From: the human T2T-CHM13v2.0 reference genome, Homo sapiens
DNA: 64,000 nt
Reading direction: 5' to 3' (one strand)
Assembly (NCBI RefSeq): GCF_009914755.1
Contig: NC_060928.1
The stretch's first letter is position 1, and every line of letters begins with the position of its first letter. The notes under the pieces were generated by a model. That model had not been told where the DNA came from. It saw only the letters and a list, made by a program, of their open reading frames with translations, and searched no databases. Shown piece after piece: positions 13,215 to 27,500 of the stretch. The position numbers and the translations under genes are program-made.

Positions 13215-13830
13215 ATTAAAATCATTCTGAAAAAGACGAAGTGTAGAGAGGTAAAAGATAATTGCAGGGAATAATTATCATAGAATTAATATCACAAATA
13301 TGTAAAGAACACATAAAAATAAATTATAAAAATGCAAAAGCAATTGGATGAATAATATAAATATATTTTTTTAAAATTTGTACCTGTATCTATTCAGATA
13401 ATTGCAAATTAAACTAGCCATAACATAAATTAAAATGAATGTCTTTTAACAGCAAGCACAAATATTCCAATAATTCAACTTCCAGAGAAATTGTAGCATA
13501 AGTGCACAGAAAAGATGTTCGTAGTAGCACTGTTTGAAATATTTAAAATGTGGGAAAAAGTTATAGTCTCCTAGTAGATAATAAGGTAAAGAAATTTATA
13601 ATCTGCTCACAAAATGGAAAATTACATAGCAGTTAAATGAACAAATTAGGGCTATAGGTCTCAGAATATATTATTTTCCAGTTAAATGTTGCAAAAAATC
13701 ACAAATTGCAAGAAGAACATTATATTGTATAGCATATTAAATTTTAAAATGCATATTTTATGTTATTTGCATTTAAATATATAGGAAGTAAACATTCTAA
13801 AATATGAAAAAAGGATGATAGTACATAGCA
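13215..13830 (+). mobile_element. Old L1 3' region (L1ME-like)
   Basis: 'aagatgttcgtagtagcactgtttgaaat', 'cacaaaatggaaaattacatagcagttaaatgaac' are degenerate L1 3'-end motifs. Confidence 0.6.
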
Positions 13831-14192
13831 GAATAGAAAGAGTTTAAGACAATACATTTAGTATAACCCTATTCCAGAGTTGAAAGGAGAAAAAACTAGT
13901 TGATATCTTGTGCATATTTTATTTTAAAAAATGTGCTTGTAGAAAATATGTTAACATGGTTAATATTGATTTACTCTTGGTGGTAAGAGAAACAGTAGAT
14001 ACATAAATAAAACCATAAGGACAGGATAAATGCATTGAAAGAAATTCAGGAGAGCAAATGGATGGGGTAATAGAATGGACATCTGGTATTTTAGATAGAG
14101 CACAGAAGGAGGAATATTTCCACAGATCAGAGTGAACTGGATATTTTGGGAGAATCAATTCAGTCAGAGTAAAGACAAGTGAAGTTGTAAGC

Positions 14193-14592
<400 letters not shown>

Positions 14593-14724
14593 TAAGATTT
14601 CTTAATATTGTTTGAAGAACATCAAGCATGGATATGTGAGTAAGGTGAGTACTAAGACAAATGAAGCCCTCTTGACTATAAGTATTTGGGATTTTGTTCA
14701 AAATGTTATAGGTTATCTATTTCT

Positions 14725-15490
14725 CAAATGAGTTTTACTAGTTTGTGATATTAAAAAACTGTTCTGTTTCATGCAAGTTACCAAATGTGTGAGCATAGGT
14801 TTATTTGTAGTTTTTTATCATTTTAATATTAATGTAATCAGTAGTCATAATATCTTTTTTTTTAATACTGGTAGTTTGTATCTTCTCTCTTTTTTCCTAA
14901 GGTTAGCCTCATTGGAAGTTTATTAATTTTATTGATCTTTTTTCAAAAAACCAGTTTTTTGTTTTGTTAATTTTCTGTGTTGTTTTTCTGTTTTCAATTC
15001 CATTGATTTGAGCTGTATATTTTATTACTTTCATTCAGCTTAACTTAGGTTTAATTTCCTCTTTTTCCTCTAGTTTCTTGAGGTATAAATTTAATTATTT
15101 TATATCTCTCATCTTCCCTAATATAGGATCATAAAGCTATGAATTTCACTTTAGGTACAGTTTTAGTTGCATCTCATAAATGTTCATGTTATGTTTTCAT
15201 TTTCATATGATTCAAAGTTTTTAAGTGATTTTTGAGATTCCTTTGACTCATGAATTAAAGTGTCTTATTAAATTTTCCTATATTTTGAGGATTTTCCATT
15301 TATGTTTGTCTTATTAATTTCTAGTTTATTTCTTTTATGAGATCATTAACTTTGTATGATTTATATTATTTAAAAAATTTTAAGGTGTTCTTTATGCCTC
15401 AGAATGTGGTTCATCTTAGTGAAGGTTCTATGCGAGTGTAAAAAGTTTGTGTCATCTGCTGTTATAGGATGGAATATTTTGTAAAATATA
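14725..15490 (-). mobile_element. L1M ORF2 fragment
   Basis: 'ttattaattttattgatcttttttcaaaaaaccag', 'aaagctatgaatttcactttaggtacagttttagttgcatctcataaa' are antisense L1 ORF2. Confidence 0.85.
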
Positions 15491-15494
15491 TTAA

Positions 15495-16010
15495 ACTTCT
15501 AGTTTCTGTCCCAACACATAAAGACTTTGGAAGCTGTCACACGTATTCTTACAATAAGCAAAAAAGATAAACAAACTGAAAATCAACAACTCTTACTATA
15601 TTTGTCAAAGAATTGAAAATCCGGGCAAATTGCTGCCTGCCCTAAAAAGTGGCGAGAGAGGCAGATAGAATTAGAACGTACTAGGAGCAGAAGCTTATAG
15701 CTGGACCTAGTGTTAACAGGAACACTTCAATCTGTAACTGATGAAATTCTAGAGGCTCTATGAGAACTAACATGAGTGTGAAAAACTCTGAAGTAATGCA
15801 GCCCAAAGAAGGCACATACACATTCTCAAGCTTTAGCCCTGGGAGTTGTACTAGGTTCTCCCTGTGAAAATTAAAAAGAAATCCCCTCATGTTCCACAAG
15901 GGAGTGGAGGAGGGGTCTTTCACTCTGCTGTCCCTAACAAGGATCTGTCCTCGAGGGAATCTATTCTATCAGAACCCAACTGAGGTGTTTTGCCAAAGCC
16001 TAGTTGACTC
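15495..16010 (+). mobile_element. Old L1 5'-UTR fragment (L1MD/L1MC-like)
   Basis: 'acttctagtttctg...aacaaactgaaaatcaacaactcttac...agggcaaattgctgcc' pattern of L1MD 5' ends. Confidence 0.6.
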
Positions 16011-16217
16011 CTTTTACAATGTTCAAAAGGATTTGTTATCAAACAAGTAACCACTTAACAGAACTAAGTTGCAGGACTAAGAACCAAGAGCCAGGATAGA
16101 GCTTGAGGCTCAGAGCTAACCAAACCAAAGGAGAGGGAGTGTTATCACACCGTTCTAGGTATTTATTGTTGTGTATCAGTCTACCCCAAAATATAGTGAC
16201 TTAACACAACCATTTTA

Positions 16218-16740
16218 TTTTTTTTAATGGATTTATTGAGATTTACTTGACATACAATAAACTGGAAACATTTAAAGTGTACAATTTGATATATTTTGAC
16301 ATTTGTATATTCTGTGAAAACACCACTGCAAGCATGAAAAAAAAAACCTCTGTAACGTGCAATGTTTTCTTGTGCTGCTTTTAAATTTTCAAATATTAAA
16401 CCAATTTTCTCTATATTATTGGACTTGATTTGAGAAATTATTGATCAGAAGTTTTTGCATCTACGTGAGAGATATGGATCTGGAAAAATTTGTGTAGAAT
16501 TGAAATTATTTATTTCTTATATGTTTGGTATAACCCATCAGTGAATCCATCAAAGCTGGGAGTTTTCTTCCTGCTTGTTTATTTTCACTAAGAGTTCAAT
16601 GTCTTTAATAGATCTCAGCCTAGTCAGAGTATGCATTTTTTCTTGAGTGAGTTTTTGTAGTTTGTATCTTTCAAGAAATTTGTCTATTTCATCTAATTTA
16701 GTAAATATAGTGATATAAAATTATTCAAAATTTTATTTTA
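16218..16740 (-). mobile_element. L1M fragments (3' end plus ORF2 piece)
   Basis: 'tttattgagatttacttgacatacaataaactggaaacatttaaagtgtacaatttgat' (3' end) and 'gtagtttgtatctttcaagaaatttgtctatttcatctaa' (ORF2). Confidence 0.75.
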
Positions 16741-17114
16741 TTTTGAGTCAGACTCTGCAATAATTCAAGCAGAGAGGCTTATTGGAGATTGCTATCTGGG
16801 AAAAGTTGATGACGGATTGGACTGAACAAGAATGACTATGGTGTCACTCAATATTGTAATTAGTAATAGAGAGCAGTCATTAATAAATGAATATGTTATA
16901 TTAGTATACTCTTTTGAAAAGAGCAGGGCATTCATTCAATCAAGATTCACTAGCACATTATTATTAAGGATACTATATGTCAACTGTTATATCTCGTATT
17001 TTTCCTAAAAATAATTGCTCAAAAATTTATTAAAACATTTAAGAACTTAAAACAAATTTTAGCTAATTATATTGAAAATTAATTTATTATTTACTTGCAC
17101 ATCTTATATTTCTC

Positions 17115-17615
17115 AATTGGGTCTTCCAAGAAGTCACGCATATATACACAAATAAGTAGTTAGAAGACTGACTACAAACATGTATTTAGAGAATAATTAT
17201 TAATTGGACACAATATCACTTAAAATAAAGGGAACAGAGTATAGGAGTAGTCAGGGGAAGACTTCTGACTGCCATACAGGTCTCCAATCTGTGAAACGAG
17301 GGTACAAAGGATAAAAGGTTGACTAGGAAGAGCCCCAGAAAATGGTGCAGCATTGAGAAAATCCTAGCTAGCCCAGCAGGGAACTACAATGCTAACATGT
17401 TTTTGGTAGATTCCCTCAAATTCAGAAATGTTAAACTCTTGTATCATGGTGATGCTAAGTCACTGGATGGGCACAGCCTTTCTGCTGTGTGCCAGGGAAT
17501 AAAAGCTGAGACATATCCTGAAAGTACCTGCAGCTGGAGGCTGTCAGCTAACTGTCCTTGTGGCAGGCCCCCTTGAGTAGAGGTCAGAATAACACATAAC
17601 AGAAGGGCAGCCCTA
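17115..17615 (-). mobile_element. ERVL solo LTR (LTR33-like)
   Basis: 'ctgcagctggaggctgtcagctaactg', 'ggttgactaggaagagccccaga...gcagcattgagaaaatcc' resemble antisense LTR33. Confidence 0.7.
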
Positions 17616-18390
17616 TGAAGTTTTCTAATCTCATAAAACAAAAATGTTATGGAAAAATACAAAATGTATTTCCTAAATAAATACAATAAAATTAATTCCC
17701 TAAAGAATGTCATATTAACTATCATACTATTTTAAAAGTATATTAAATAAGAACACTGGATTCAAATATTATTTTAATCCTTATTAACTATTTGTTCTGA
17801 TTTTTTCTACTATATTCTCCTGTACTTACAGAATACATAAATGTACCACAAGCCTAGTATTATCAGAAGTAGTAATTGACATCTACTATTTCTAAAGCCC
17901 TACTTATCAACCTCACTTTTCTTTTGAAGAAAAATTTGAACACTATAATTTTATGGACATATTGTAAATGAAATAATTTGTGGGCTTGTTTACTATATTA
18001 AAGTTCACAATATGCTTATTATCAGACCATTAGATTTTTGCTATATTATAGACTTAGAGAATTTTGCCTTTGTATTCATCAAAATTATTAAGCAACACTA
18101 AATTTAAAAATATGTAATTTCAATAACATGAAAAATGATATATTTTACAAAAGCAATGTTGGCATAAACAAAGTATTTTGGAGTAACACACAGAATTGGG
18201 AAGGCAAAAAAGTTAAGAAAGTCTTGTTTTAATAAGAAATAACACAATTTCTCAAAAGTTTTATGTTGAAAATTAAAGACTTACTAAAACATTGTTTCCG
18301 AGTAAAATTATGTTAAGGCTTTTATGAGGTTTCCAGCTGTTTTCAAAAGGGGTAAAACAATAGCATGTAAATTAGATTTTTACAAATGGG

Positions 18391-18402
18391 GTGTGTGTGT
18401 GT

Positions 18403-18444
<42 letters not shown>
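18391..18444. repeat. (GT)n microsatellite, about 27 units, one interruption
   Basis: Direct read. Confidence 0.98.
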
Positions 18445-18449
<5 letters not shown>

Positions 18450-18777
18450 CATATTGGCCTAGTTTTGAAGATGGTTTATTTTCTTTTAGGATTCTTCTGT
18501 AATTGTTGATGTCTCTTTATATTTTGATTAAAGTTTCTCAGATCCCCGGCTGCTAATTAATGGACTCTTGAACAGAAATACAAGATTATTTTTCTTTGAT
18601 CCGTGGGTTCTGTCAAGTAGGAACTGATCTCTAAATGAACAATGAAGTGCACTGATGGGAGAGCAGTATTTAGTATTTAGAAGAAAACCTTTTAACTGAT
18701 TATTTTAAGCTTTAATTTTGTATCTCATTATTTTTACTATGATGTTCTGAATCATCTGTTTTTAAAACTTGCATTCA

Positions 18778-19202
<425 letters not shown>

Positions 19203-19309
19203 TTAGCAATTTCACTTATCAGATTCATAGCTATTTTTTTGTGAAAAGCCCAGTTTATGGCCAAGTTCCACAGGTTACTTCTTTTTTTTCCACTAATCTC
19301 AAGTTAGTG

Positions 19310-20180
19310 TGAACATTCAGATATTTTTGTATCCAGTTTTGTGCTTATATATAACTGCTCACATATCCACACATAAATAATGTAAGGGATTGGTTTTGTG
19401 TATTTATAAAAGTCAAATAATGACATTTCTTTACCATCATAAAGCACTCTTCCTTTCTCCTTTAACAGGATGGTTTTGAGAATTATGTAGCTCTAGTGCA
19501 TTAATCTGTTAATCAATTACTGTGTAATATTCCCTAATACTAATGAGCTACATTGATTTTTCTTCTACCACCACATCGAAATTTTAGGATGTTTTAGTGT
19601 TTTCATAATTACACACAATTACTGCCATAAACACTAGTGGCCATATTTCCTTCTGTACAAATACAAGCATTTTTTTTTTTGGAGTAAATTGTTGAGCATA
19701 ATTTCCAGCCATTTTTAACTTTTTTGATATTGCCAATTTCTCCTGAACTTACACTATCAGAAAGTAGCATAGTGTTCTTTTGCCCCATTTTTCATCCTTT
19801 AAACTTTTGACAGCTTCATATTAGCCAACTTTTAAAACTGTTTAATCCTATGAGTGTAAATTATTTTTCAGTATTGTTTTAAGTAAGTTTTCTTAAATAA
19901 ATGATTAATTTGAGCATCTTTCATTTGCTTATTGGTCATTCAAATTTTCTCTTTACAGACTTTTTCATATTTATCTTGGCACATCTTATTGTTCTCGCTG
20001 ATATATGAACTCGTCTTACATACTCTGGAGTAAAAGCCTCTGTTGTTATGTATGTACTATATACCTTGTTTCAGCGTATAATTTGTCTTTCTATTTTGTT
20101 TGTAGTATCTCATATCATTTAAGATTTTCATTGTACTGTGTAAAATTTTACACTTCATTCATTTGGTTGTGTGTATACTG
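19310..20180 (-). mobile_element. Old L1 3' region (L1ME-like)
   Basis: 'tttgagcatctttcatttgcttattggtcatt', 'ttcctgaacttacactatcag' and similar are antisense L1 3' ORF2/UTR. Confidence 0.7.
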
Positions 20181-20189
20181 TTAAACACA

Positions 20190-20605
<416 letters not shown>

Positions 20606-20819
20606 TAATTAAAATTTTAATTATAATTTTGCCTATATTATATATAAAAAATGTTTTAACTGATAGTTTAAAGTTATTATTTTGTGTATCTTTAATGTAT
20701 CTGAAATTAAATTTTAAATGTGACTATAGTATTGAATATTACTTTTTCTTTGTGTGTGTAGTATGCCTGTGTGTTTTTATAGATATATACATAGATGGAT
20801 AGATAGATACATATTGATC

Positions 20820-23060
20820 AATACTTAGCTAATTTTTATAAATTAGAGAAAAATTTTTTCCAGTATAGCTGCATTTTATCTCCCCTATTATCTTTTATGA
20901 TTTTCATATGCACTACATCTCTGTGTGCAATAGACATGACAACTCAATGCTGTAATTGCTTTATATAACCTTGTAACATTGAAATAAGCTAAGAGAAAAT
21001 ATATTTAGAAATAATTTTAAATTTACCAAGACTAGTTGTTTTGGTTTCTTCCTATGGGTTTGAATTAGCTGCCAGTATTATTTCCTTTCTGTTTGAAGAA
21101 CTCTCTTAAGAATTTATTCGAAGACATATATGGTAGTAATGAATTTTCTTGATCATCATGTTTCTAGGAATGTCTTCATTTTACCATGTTTTTTTTTGAA
21201 GAGTAGTTTTGCTGGATATAGGATTCTTTGTTATGGTTCTTTTGTTTCTTGTTCGTTTGCTTGTTTCTTTCAGTGTTTGAAACATATGCTATTTCAATAC
21301 GTTGTAACTTCCTTTGCTTTATATCAAAAATCAGTGTTAATTGTATAGATCTCCCTCTTTACATGATAAGTCATTTTGTCTTACTGATTTCAAGGTGGTC
21401 TCCTTGTCTGTGCTTTCAACAGTTTGACTATGATATGTTCAGGTATGGCTCACTTTCTGCTTGTCCTATTTGTAATTCATTAAACTTGGAAATGTGGATA
21501 ATTTTTTCCCATCAAATTTAAGAAGCTTTAGGTAACTATATGTTTAAATATTTTTTCTGCTCCTATCTTTTTCTTCTCTCGGCACACACATTACATATAC
21601 ATCAGTATGCTTGATGTTGCTCTTATGTACAGTTTTATCATTTCTTCTCTTGTTGGACAGCTTCTATTAATCTACATTTATATTTTGCTTAATTTTTCAT
21701 TTGTAACCTGACCTATGCTGTTGAGTTACTCTACTGAACTTTATTTCAGTTATTCAATTTTTTAATTTCAGGATAACTATTTGGTTATTGTAATTACTAT
21801 TCATTTGTTGATATTTTCTATTTTTTGATTCATTATCATTATACTTTCTTTAATACTGAAAGTATTTTAATAGCTGCTTTGAATTTGCTGTATACTATAA
21901 CAAATCCAACATCTGAGTACACTCAGTTTTCTTGACAGACTGCCCCTTCCACTCCGTGACTAACTTTTCTCTTTTTATGTCTCTTAATTAGAAAAATAAA
22001 TCTAGACATTTTCGATATTATATTGCAGGAATTCCAGATTCTCAATTTTCCTCCCAAAAGCTGTTGCTATTTTTGTTTTGTTTCATTGTTTATTTAGTAA
22101 GTTGTTACTTTGTTAAGCTAAATCTGGACAATCTGACTCCATTCTAGTATGGGACTGCTGATGTTTCTGCTTTTACTTTTCATTTTTTTTTTTTTTTAAC
22201 AGGACCTCACTCTGTCACCCAGGCTGGAGTGCAGTGGTGCAATCTTGGATCACTGCCACCTCTGCCTCCAGGCTAAAATGATCTTCCCACCTTAGCCTTA
22301 CAAGGAGCAGGGACTACAGGTGTGTAATATTATGTCCAAACATCTGCCAAGAAGGCTTCCAACCCCTGTTGACAGATGTGTGTGTGGGTTGTGGAATACT
22401 TCCAAAATTAAGAAAAAGAATTCAGACTTACTCTAACTTTTACTTTTTGCTGGACCCTTTATCTCTCCTCTATGCATGATCACCGTCTTCTTGACAGCCA
22501 AAATAATATGTACATAGCTTAACAGCTTGAGTCTTCTGTTTTGGTCTTCACTAGTTGCAGCAATCAAGTCAGTCTAGGAACTGTAGATAAATTATCAAGC
22601 CACTCTGCCTCATCTATAAAATCTCCTTTTGAAAATGTTGGCTATTTTAGTGTCCCATTGCTCCTCCCAGCTAGGAGACAAGATCAAAATGGCTGGTCCA
22701 CTAAACTTTCTCTCTTCACTTGAAACTGAAATTGATAATTTCACTGACATCACTGCTGGGCATGACTGTTTTGTTTTCTGTTCCTAATCAAGTGATTTCC
22801 TTGGCGAGTAGAGGGCTTGGCTTTTGTGGTATTTCCTGACTTATAGAACTGCTGACCAATCAGTGGGTGATAGTAATAGTCTGGATAAGAACACCAAGGA
22901 TTATTGTGAATAAATGCTTCTCAATGTGTTGTATGCATTTGGTTGATACCCAAATGCCTGCAACATGTGGGTGTTTTTTTTTTAATATTTTCCCCGAGTT
23001 ATATAATTGCTTATTGAGATTATCTCCTTATTCTACCATAACAAAAGTCAGTCTGCCTGT
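20820..23060 (-). mobile_element. Old L1 5' region (inter-ORF/ORF1/5'UTR, L1ME-like), interrupted by an Alu fragment
   Basis: 'tttgaagagtagttttgctggatataggattct', 'caacagtttgactatgatatg', 'aaatccaacatctgagtac' are antisense L1 ORF1-region motifs. Confidence 0.7.
22183..22337 (-). mobile_element. Alu right monomer (AluJ/FRAM-like)
   Basis: PolyT plus 'ctcactctgtcacccaggctggagtgcagtggtgcaatc...atgatcttcccaccttagcc'. Confidence 0.85.
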
Positions 23061-23309
23061 GAAATTGTAAAAAAAAAATTAATTTCTTATCTTGGAGTTA
23101 CTAAGCAATATAAGTGAAATACTCTGCACTCTAAATAAACATGAAATAGTGTACCAGAATGTTTATTCTTAAAAGATGCATTTTCTCACTGTAAATTCTG
23201 TAAGAAACAAGTGTGTTCGTCTCTCGTTCGAGAACTGATTTATCTGAGTTTGCAATGGCTTTATTATTTTATGTATAATATCACCAATAACCATGTTTTT
23301 ATGACTTCC

Positions 23310-23460
23310 TCACACTATAATGTAACATTTGCACATATTATCACTCAGCCCATAATATTTTCCCTCAAGATATCTTCTTGATAATTCCTTTATTATCTAG
23401 TCTTTGCTCAAATGTCATCATCTTGATGAGGCCTATTCTGATCACCCCATAGTGTTGTAA
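23310..23460 (+). mobile_element. L2 fragment
   Basis: 'tagtctttgctcaaatgtcatcatcttgatgaggcctattctgatcaccc'. Confidence 0.65.
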
Positions 23461-23975
23461 CCCATTTCTGATAACTTACTTTTTGTTCATGCATGGTATT
23501 AAAATTCATGCTTCTTTCTAGAGCAAACTCAACATTTTATTATTCTTATTTCTCAGGATCTGGCATCTCCTTAACTTCAGGAACATGGGGAACTACCATA
23601 GGCTTGTAAGCACAGTTGCATTCCTTTTAATAAAACTTGTTAAACAAACTTTACTAACATTTCTACATGTTGTGAGTCGTATTTCTACAATACAAATTTT
23701 ATAATATTTTTTTTCACTTGGCTTAAATCACAGGGTACATCACAGACAATATTTTTAAAGATTGCCCTGAGTATTATCTATAAAATGTTACATTTCAAGG
23801 AGAAAAGTAAAGAAAGTAGCTAAAGGAGGATATATATCTCACCATGTTTTACATTCAGGTGACAAAATACTTTAGGTTATATTGGTATGTGCCAATAAAC
23901 TACCAATGAACAATTTATATGATTATAGCTTCTGAGTTGTAGTTTTCCAGTTTTCAAGTTAAAATTTTTAATTTT

Positions 23976-24304
<329 letters not shown>

Positions 24305-24579
24305 TCACCCTGCACAAAATTTCAATCTAAAAAATAAAAATGATGAAAAAGGGGGATAGTAAGAAGAACAAAGCTCACTCATTTTTGGATAATGCCATGG
24401 TATTTGTACATGTGAAATATTGTGTGTAATTTTGGTTGCAGAATCTCAAAGGCATAATAACAAGTGTTTAATGAGTTTGAATCACTTTTTAATGATGTTT
24501 AATTACTTTCAGCCTTAGCTATGTAAAGGAAGTCTATGAAATTGTTACGACTATTTAACCTATATTCTTCACCTAACTG

Positions 24580-24790
24580 TAACATATTAATTGTACATTT
24601 TAAAATAAGTAAAAGAGTATAATTGGACTGTACATAACACACAAGATAAATGCTTGAGGGAATGGAAACTCCATGCTCCATTATGTGATTATTATGTATT
24701 GTATGCCTGTATCAAAACATCTCATATACCCCATAAATATATATGCCATGTACCTACAAAACTCAAAAATTAAAAAAAATTTTAAAAAGC
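24580..24790 (+). mobile_element. L1MA (MA2/3-like) 3' terminus
   Basis: 'ttgtatgcctgtatcaaaacatctcatataccccataaatatata' plus an A-rich tail. Confidence 0.85.
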
Positions 24791-26562
24791 TAACTCCCCT
24801 CCCATCAGATACAAGTGCTAACTCTTAAAACAGGGAAACCTAAGGAATACTATAAAGAGAGGTGGATTCAAAAAGTGAGAGACTTAACTATTTTTTAGTC
24901 ATTAATTAATTCTATTTTCCTCTGATTTTGAATAACAAAGACCAAAGACCTGTTTGATGATTATATGGCTTTGATTCCAGCACTGAGAGTGTGACATTAG
25001 ATGCATGAAATGCATAACATTATTAGCAAAATGTGGGGCAAAGGCCTCCCACCTGAGAATGTATGTAGAGAAAAGGTTTAAATCAATCATCTGTTTTTAC
25101 TGCCAGCTGAGGAATTACCGGACGTGTGGTATTTTTCTGTTTTCTTTGGTTATTATATTTGATGCCTTTCACCTGTATTTCAAATCAAATGTGAAAGCAG
25201 TTATAACAGGCTTTATTATTTACTGATTTTCAAACTATTATCAGTGACAAATAACACTAGTATTAAAATTATAATTCTATCACTTTGAAAATCATAAGTG
25301 TATTGAAATAACCACATAAAATTAGGGAAAAATTAATAGAGATATCAAATAAAAATTTATTCTGCTATTGTAGGCATATAAATCTTATCTATCATAACAT
25401 TTTAATGGAGATAGTATGAATTGCTGACACACACTTTATTTTTGAAAATTGCATGTTTTTATAATTAACATACTCTGCTATTATTTCACACTGCTTTATG
25501 TTAAATATAAAAGTATATGAGAACAGACCCAAGTGCATCATTAGATTACCACTGTCTACCTGTTAGGTAATGGAACTGTAAGACATATTTCTTTAATTAA
25601 AATATTTAAAATAAGAACATCCTGTGAACTTTAATAGAATCAACACATTTTTGAGGGAAATGAGGGTGGAAATGAGTGTTGCTTATCTGGTTTTGCATTT
25701 TATACTTAATAGAACAGTTAGATACTTTTAGTAAAAATGTACGTGGATTATTACTATATTAACTAAAATGATGTATACATGTAAAATACATATGTCAAGA
25801 ATGAAAGTTCATTTCCTTTGTCTAATTTGAGCAATTTGATGTATATATAAAAAGAAAAAGTTAAGATATGTATTTCTGATGTATCTTCAATACAAAGTAA
25901 CACATGGTTTGAATATATCAGCCAAAATTAAGTCCATGTGTTCCAATTAAATACATATCTAAAAATGCACAAAGAGATAATGTTATAATCCTCTACTGCT
26001 TTTTATTCTCTTGTCTCCTGACAAACCCAAAATTTTGATCAAGGATATGTAATTGCCACTCAATTCCTTGAAAATACTGCATAGAGGCCCTGAGATGAAT
26101 CTCTCTTCATTCAGTTTTCAAATTTTGTTTTTCAATAATCCCTTTCTAGGAAGAGTGAAATAAAGGAAGTTTTACTAGTTCTATATTTACTCAGAGCTTA
26201 GTTTGAAGATAGATATAAAGTAACCTCATCATGTGATAATCAACAAGTACAATATATTACTTTTGGATTGAGTTAGGTGGGAGAGAGTTTGGATTGCGTC
26301 GATTAAATAATAACGTGAAATTGGTCTACACTAGTTGCTTAGACAGGAAGACTTAATGATTGAACAGAGAATGATTTTGTTTCCTGTCAATGAGTTATCA
26401 GTAAAAAAAAAAAAAAAAAAAAAGACAAATTTCCAAAAGATTTTCTGCATGCTAAAAGATCTTAGGTTACTTATGAAACACTGAATATTGGAATATAGGC
26501 CATATAAGGAAAACAAATGATAATGACAGTTATAATAGTCATAAAACTAATTAAAAAGATAT

Positions 26563-27500
26563 ATTTATAGGGATATTGGTTTTCAGATTTCTTTTCTTGT
26601 AGTGTTTTTGTCTGTCTTTCATAGGAGGGTAATGCTGGCCTTGTGAAGAGAATTTGGAAATATCCCCTCCTTTCTAGTTTTTTGGAAGAGTTTGGAAAGA
26701 ATTCATATTAGTTTTCGTTACGTCTTCGGTAAAATTCAGTCATGAATAAATCTGGCCATGACTTTTCTTTGATGGGAAACTTTATTACTCATTTACTCTT
26801 CTAAATCACTGTTGGTCTGTTTAGATTTTTGATTTATTCATAATTACATCTTGGTAGGTTATATGTTTCTAGAATTGTATCCATTTATTCTAGGTTATCT
26901 AAGTTTTCGGTATATAATTGTTCACTGTAGTCTCTTACGATCTTTGGACATGTGCATTATCGGTTATAATGTCTCTGTTTATTTCTGATGTCATTTATTT
27001 GAGTCTTCTCTCTTCTTAATAAATGTAGTGAAGAGTTTGTCAATTTTTTTGAGCTTTTCTAGAAAACCAACTCTTAATATTTTTTATCTTTTCTATTTTC
27101 TTTCTAGTCTATATTTTATTTCTGCTCTAATAAAAGCAATTTTTTTCTTTCTTCTGCTAATTTTTGGTTTAGTTTGTTCTTATTTTCCTAGTTCCTTGAA
27201 GTATACTAAGTTGTTTATTTGAGATATTTCATCCTTTTTTGATGTAGATATTTAATTTTAAGTTTATTAAGACATTTATTAAGTTTAAAGTTAATACACT
27301 TCCCTCTTAGGATGGCTTTTGCTGTGTTCCATAAGTTTTTGGTGTGTTGTATTTCCACTTTTATTAATCTCAATATTTTTTAACTTCTTTTTCCTTTTTG
27401 ACTCACTGGTTGTTCATATTGTTTAATTTCCACATATGTGAATTTTATGTGAGTTTTCCTATTATTGATTTTCAGTTTTATACCACTGTAGCTTGAAAAG
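26563..27500 (-). mobile_element. Inverted 5' segment of L1MA insertion A (ORF2)
   Basis: Antisense ORF2. Its left end reads accaatatccctataaat on the minus strand (R-P-I-S-L motif region), contiguous in L1 with the start of the + segment at 27501. Confidence 0.9.
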
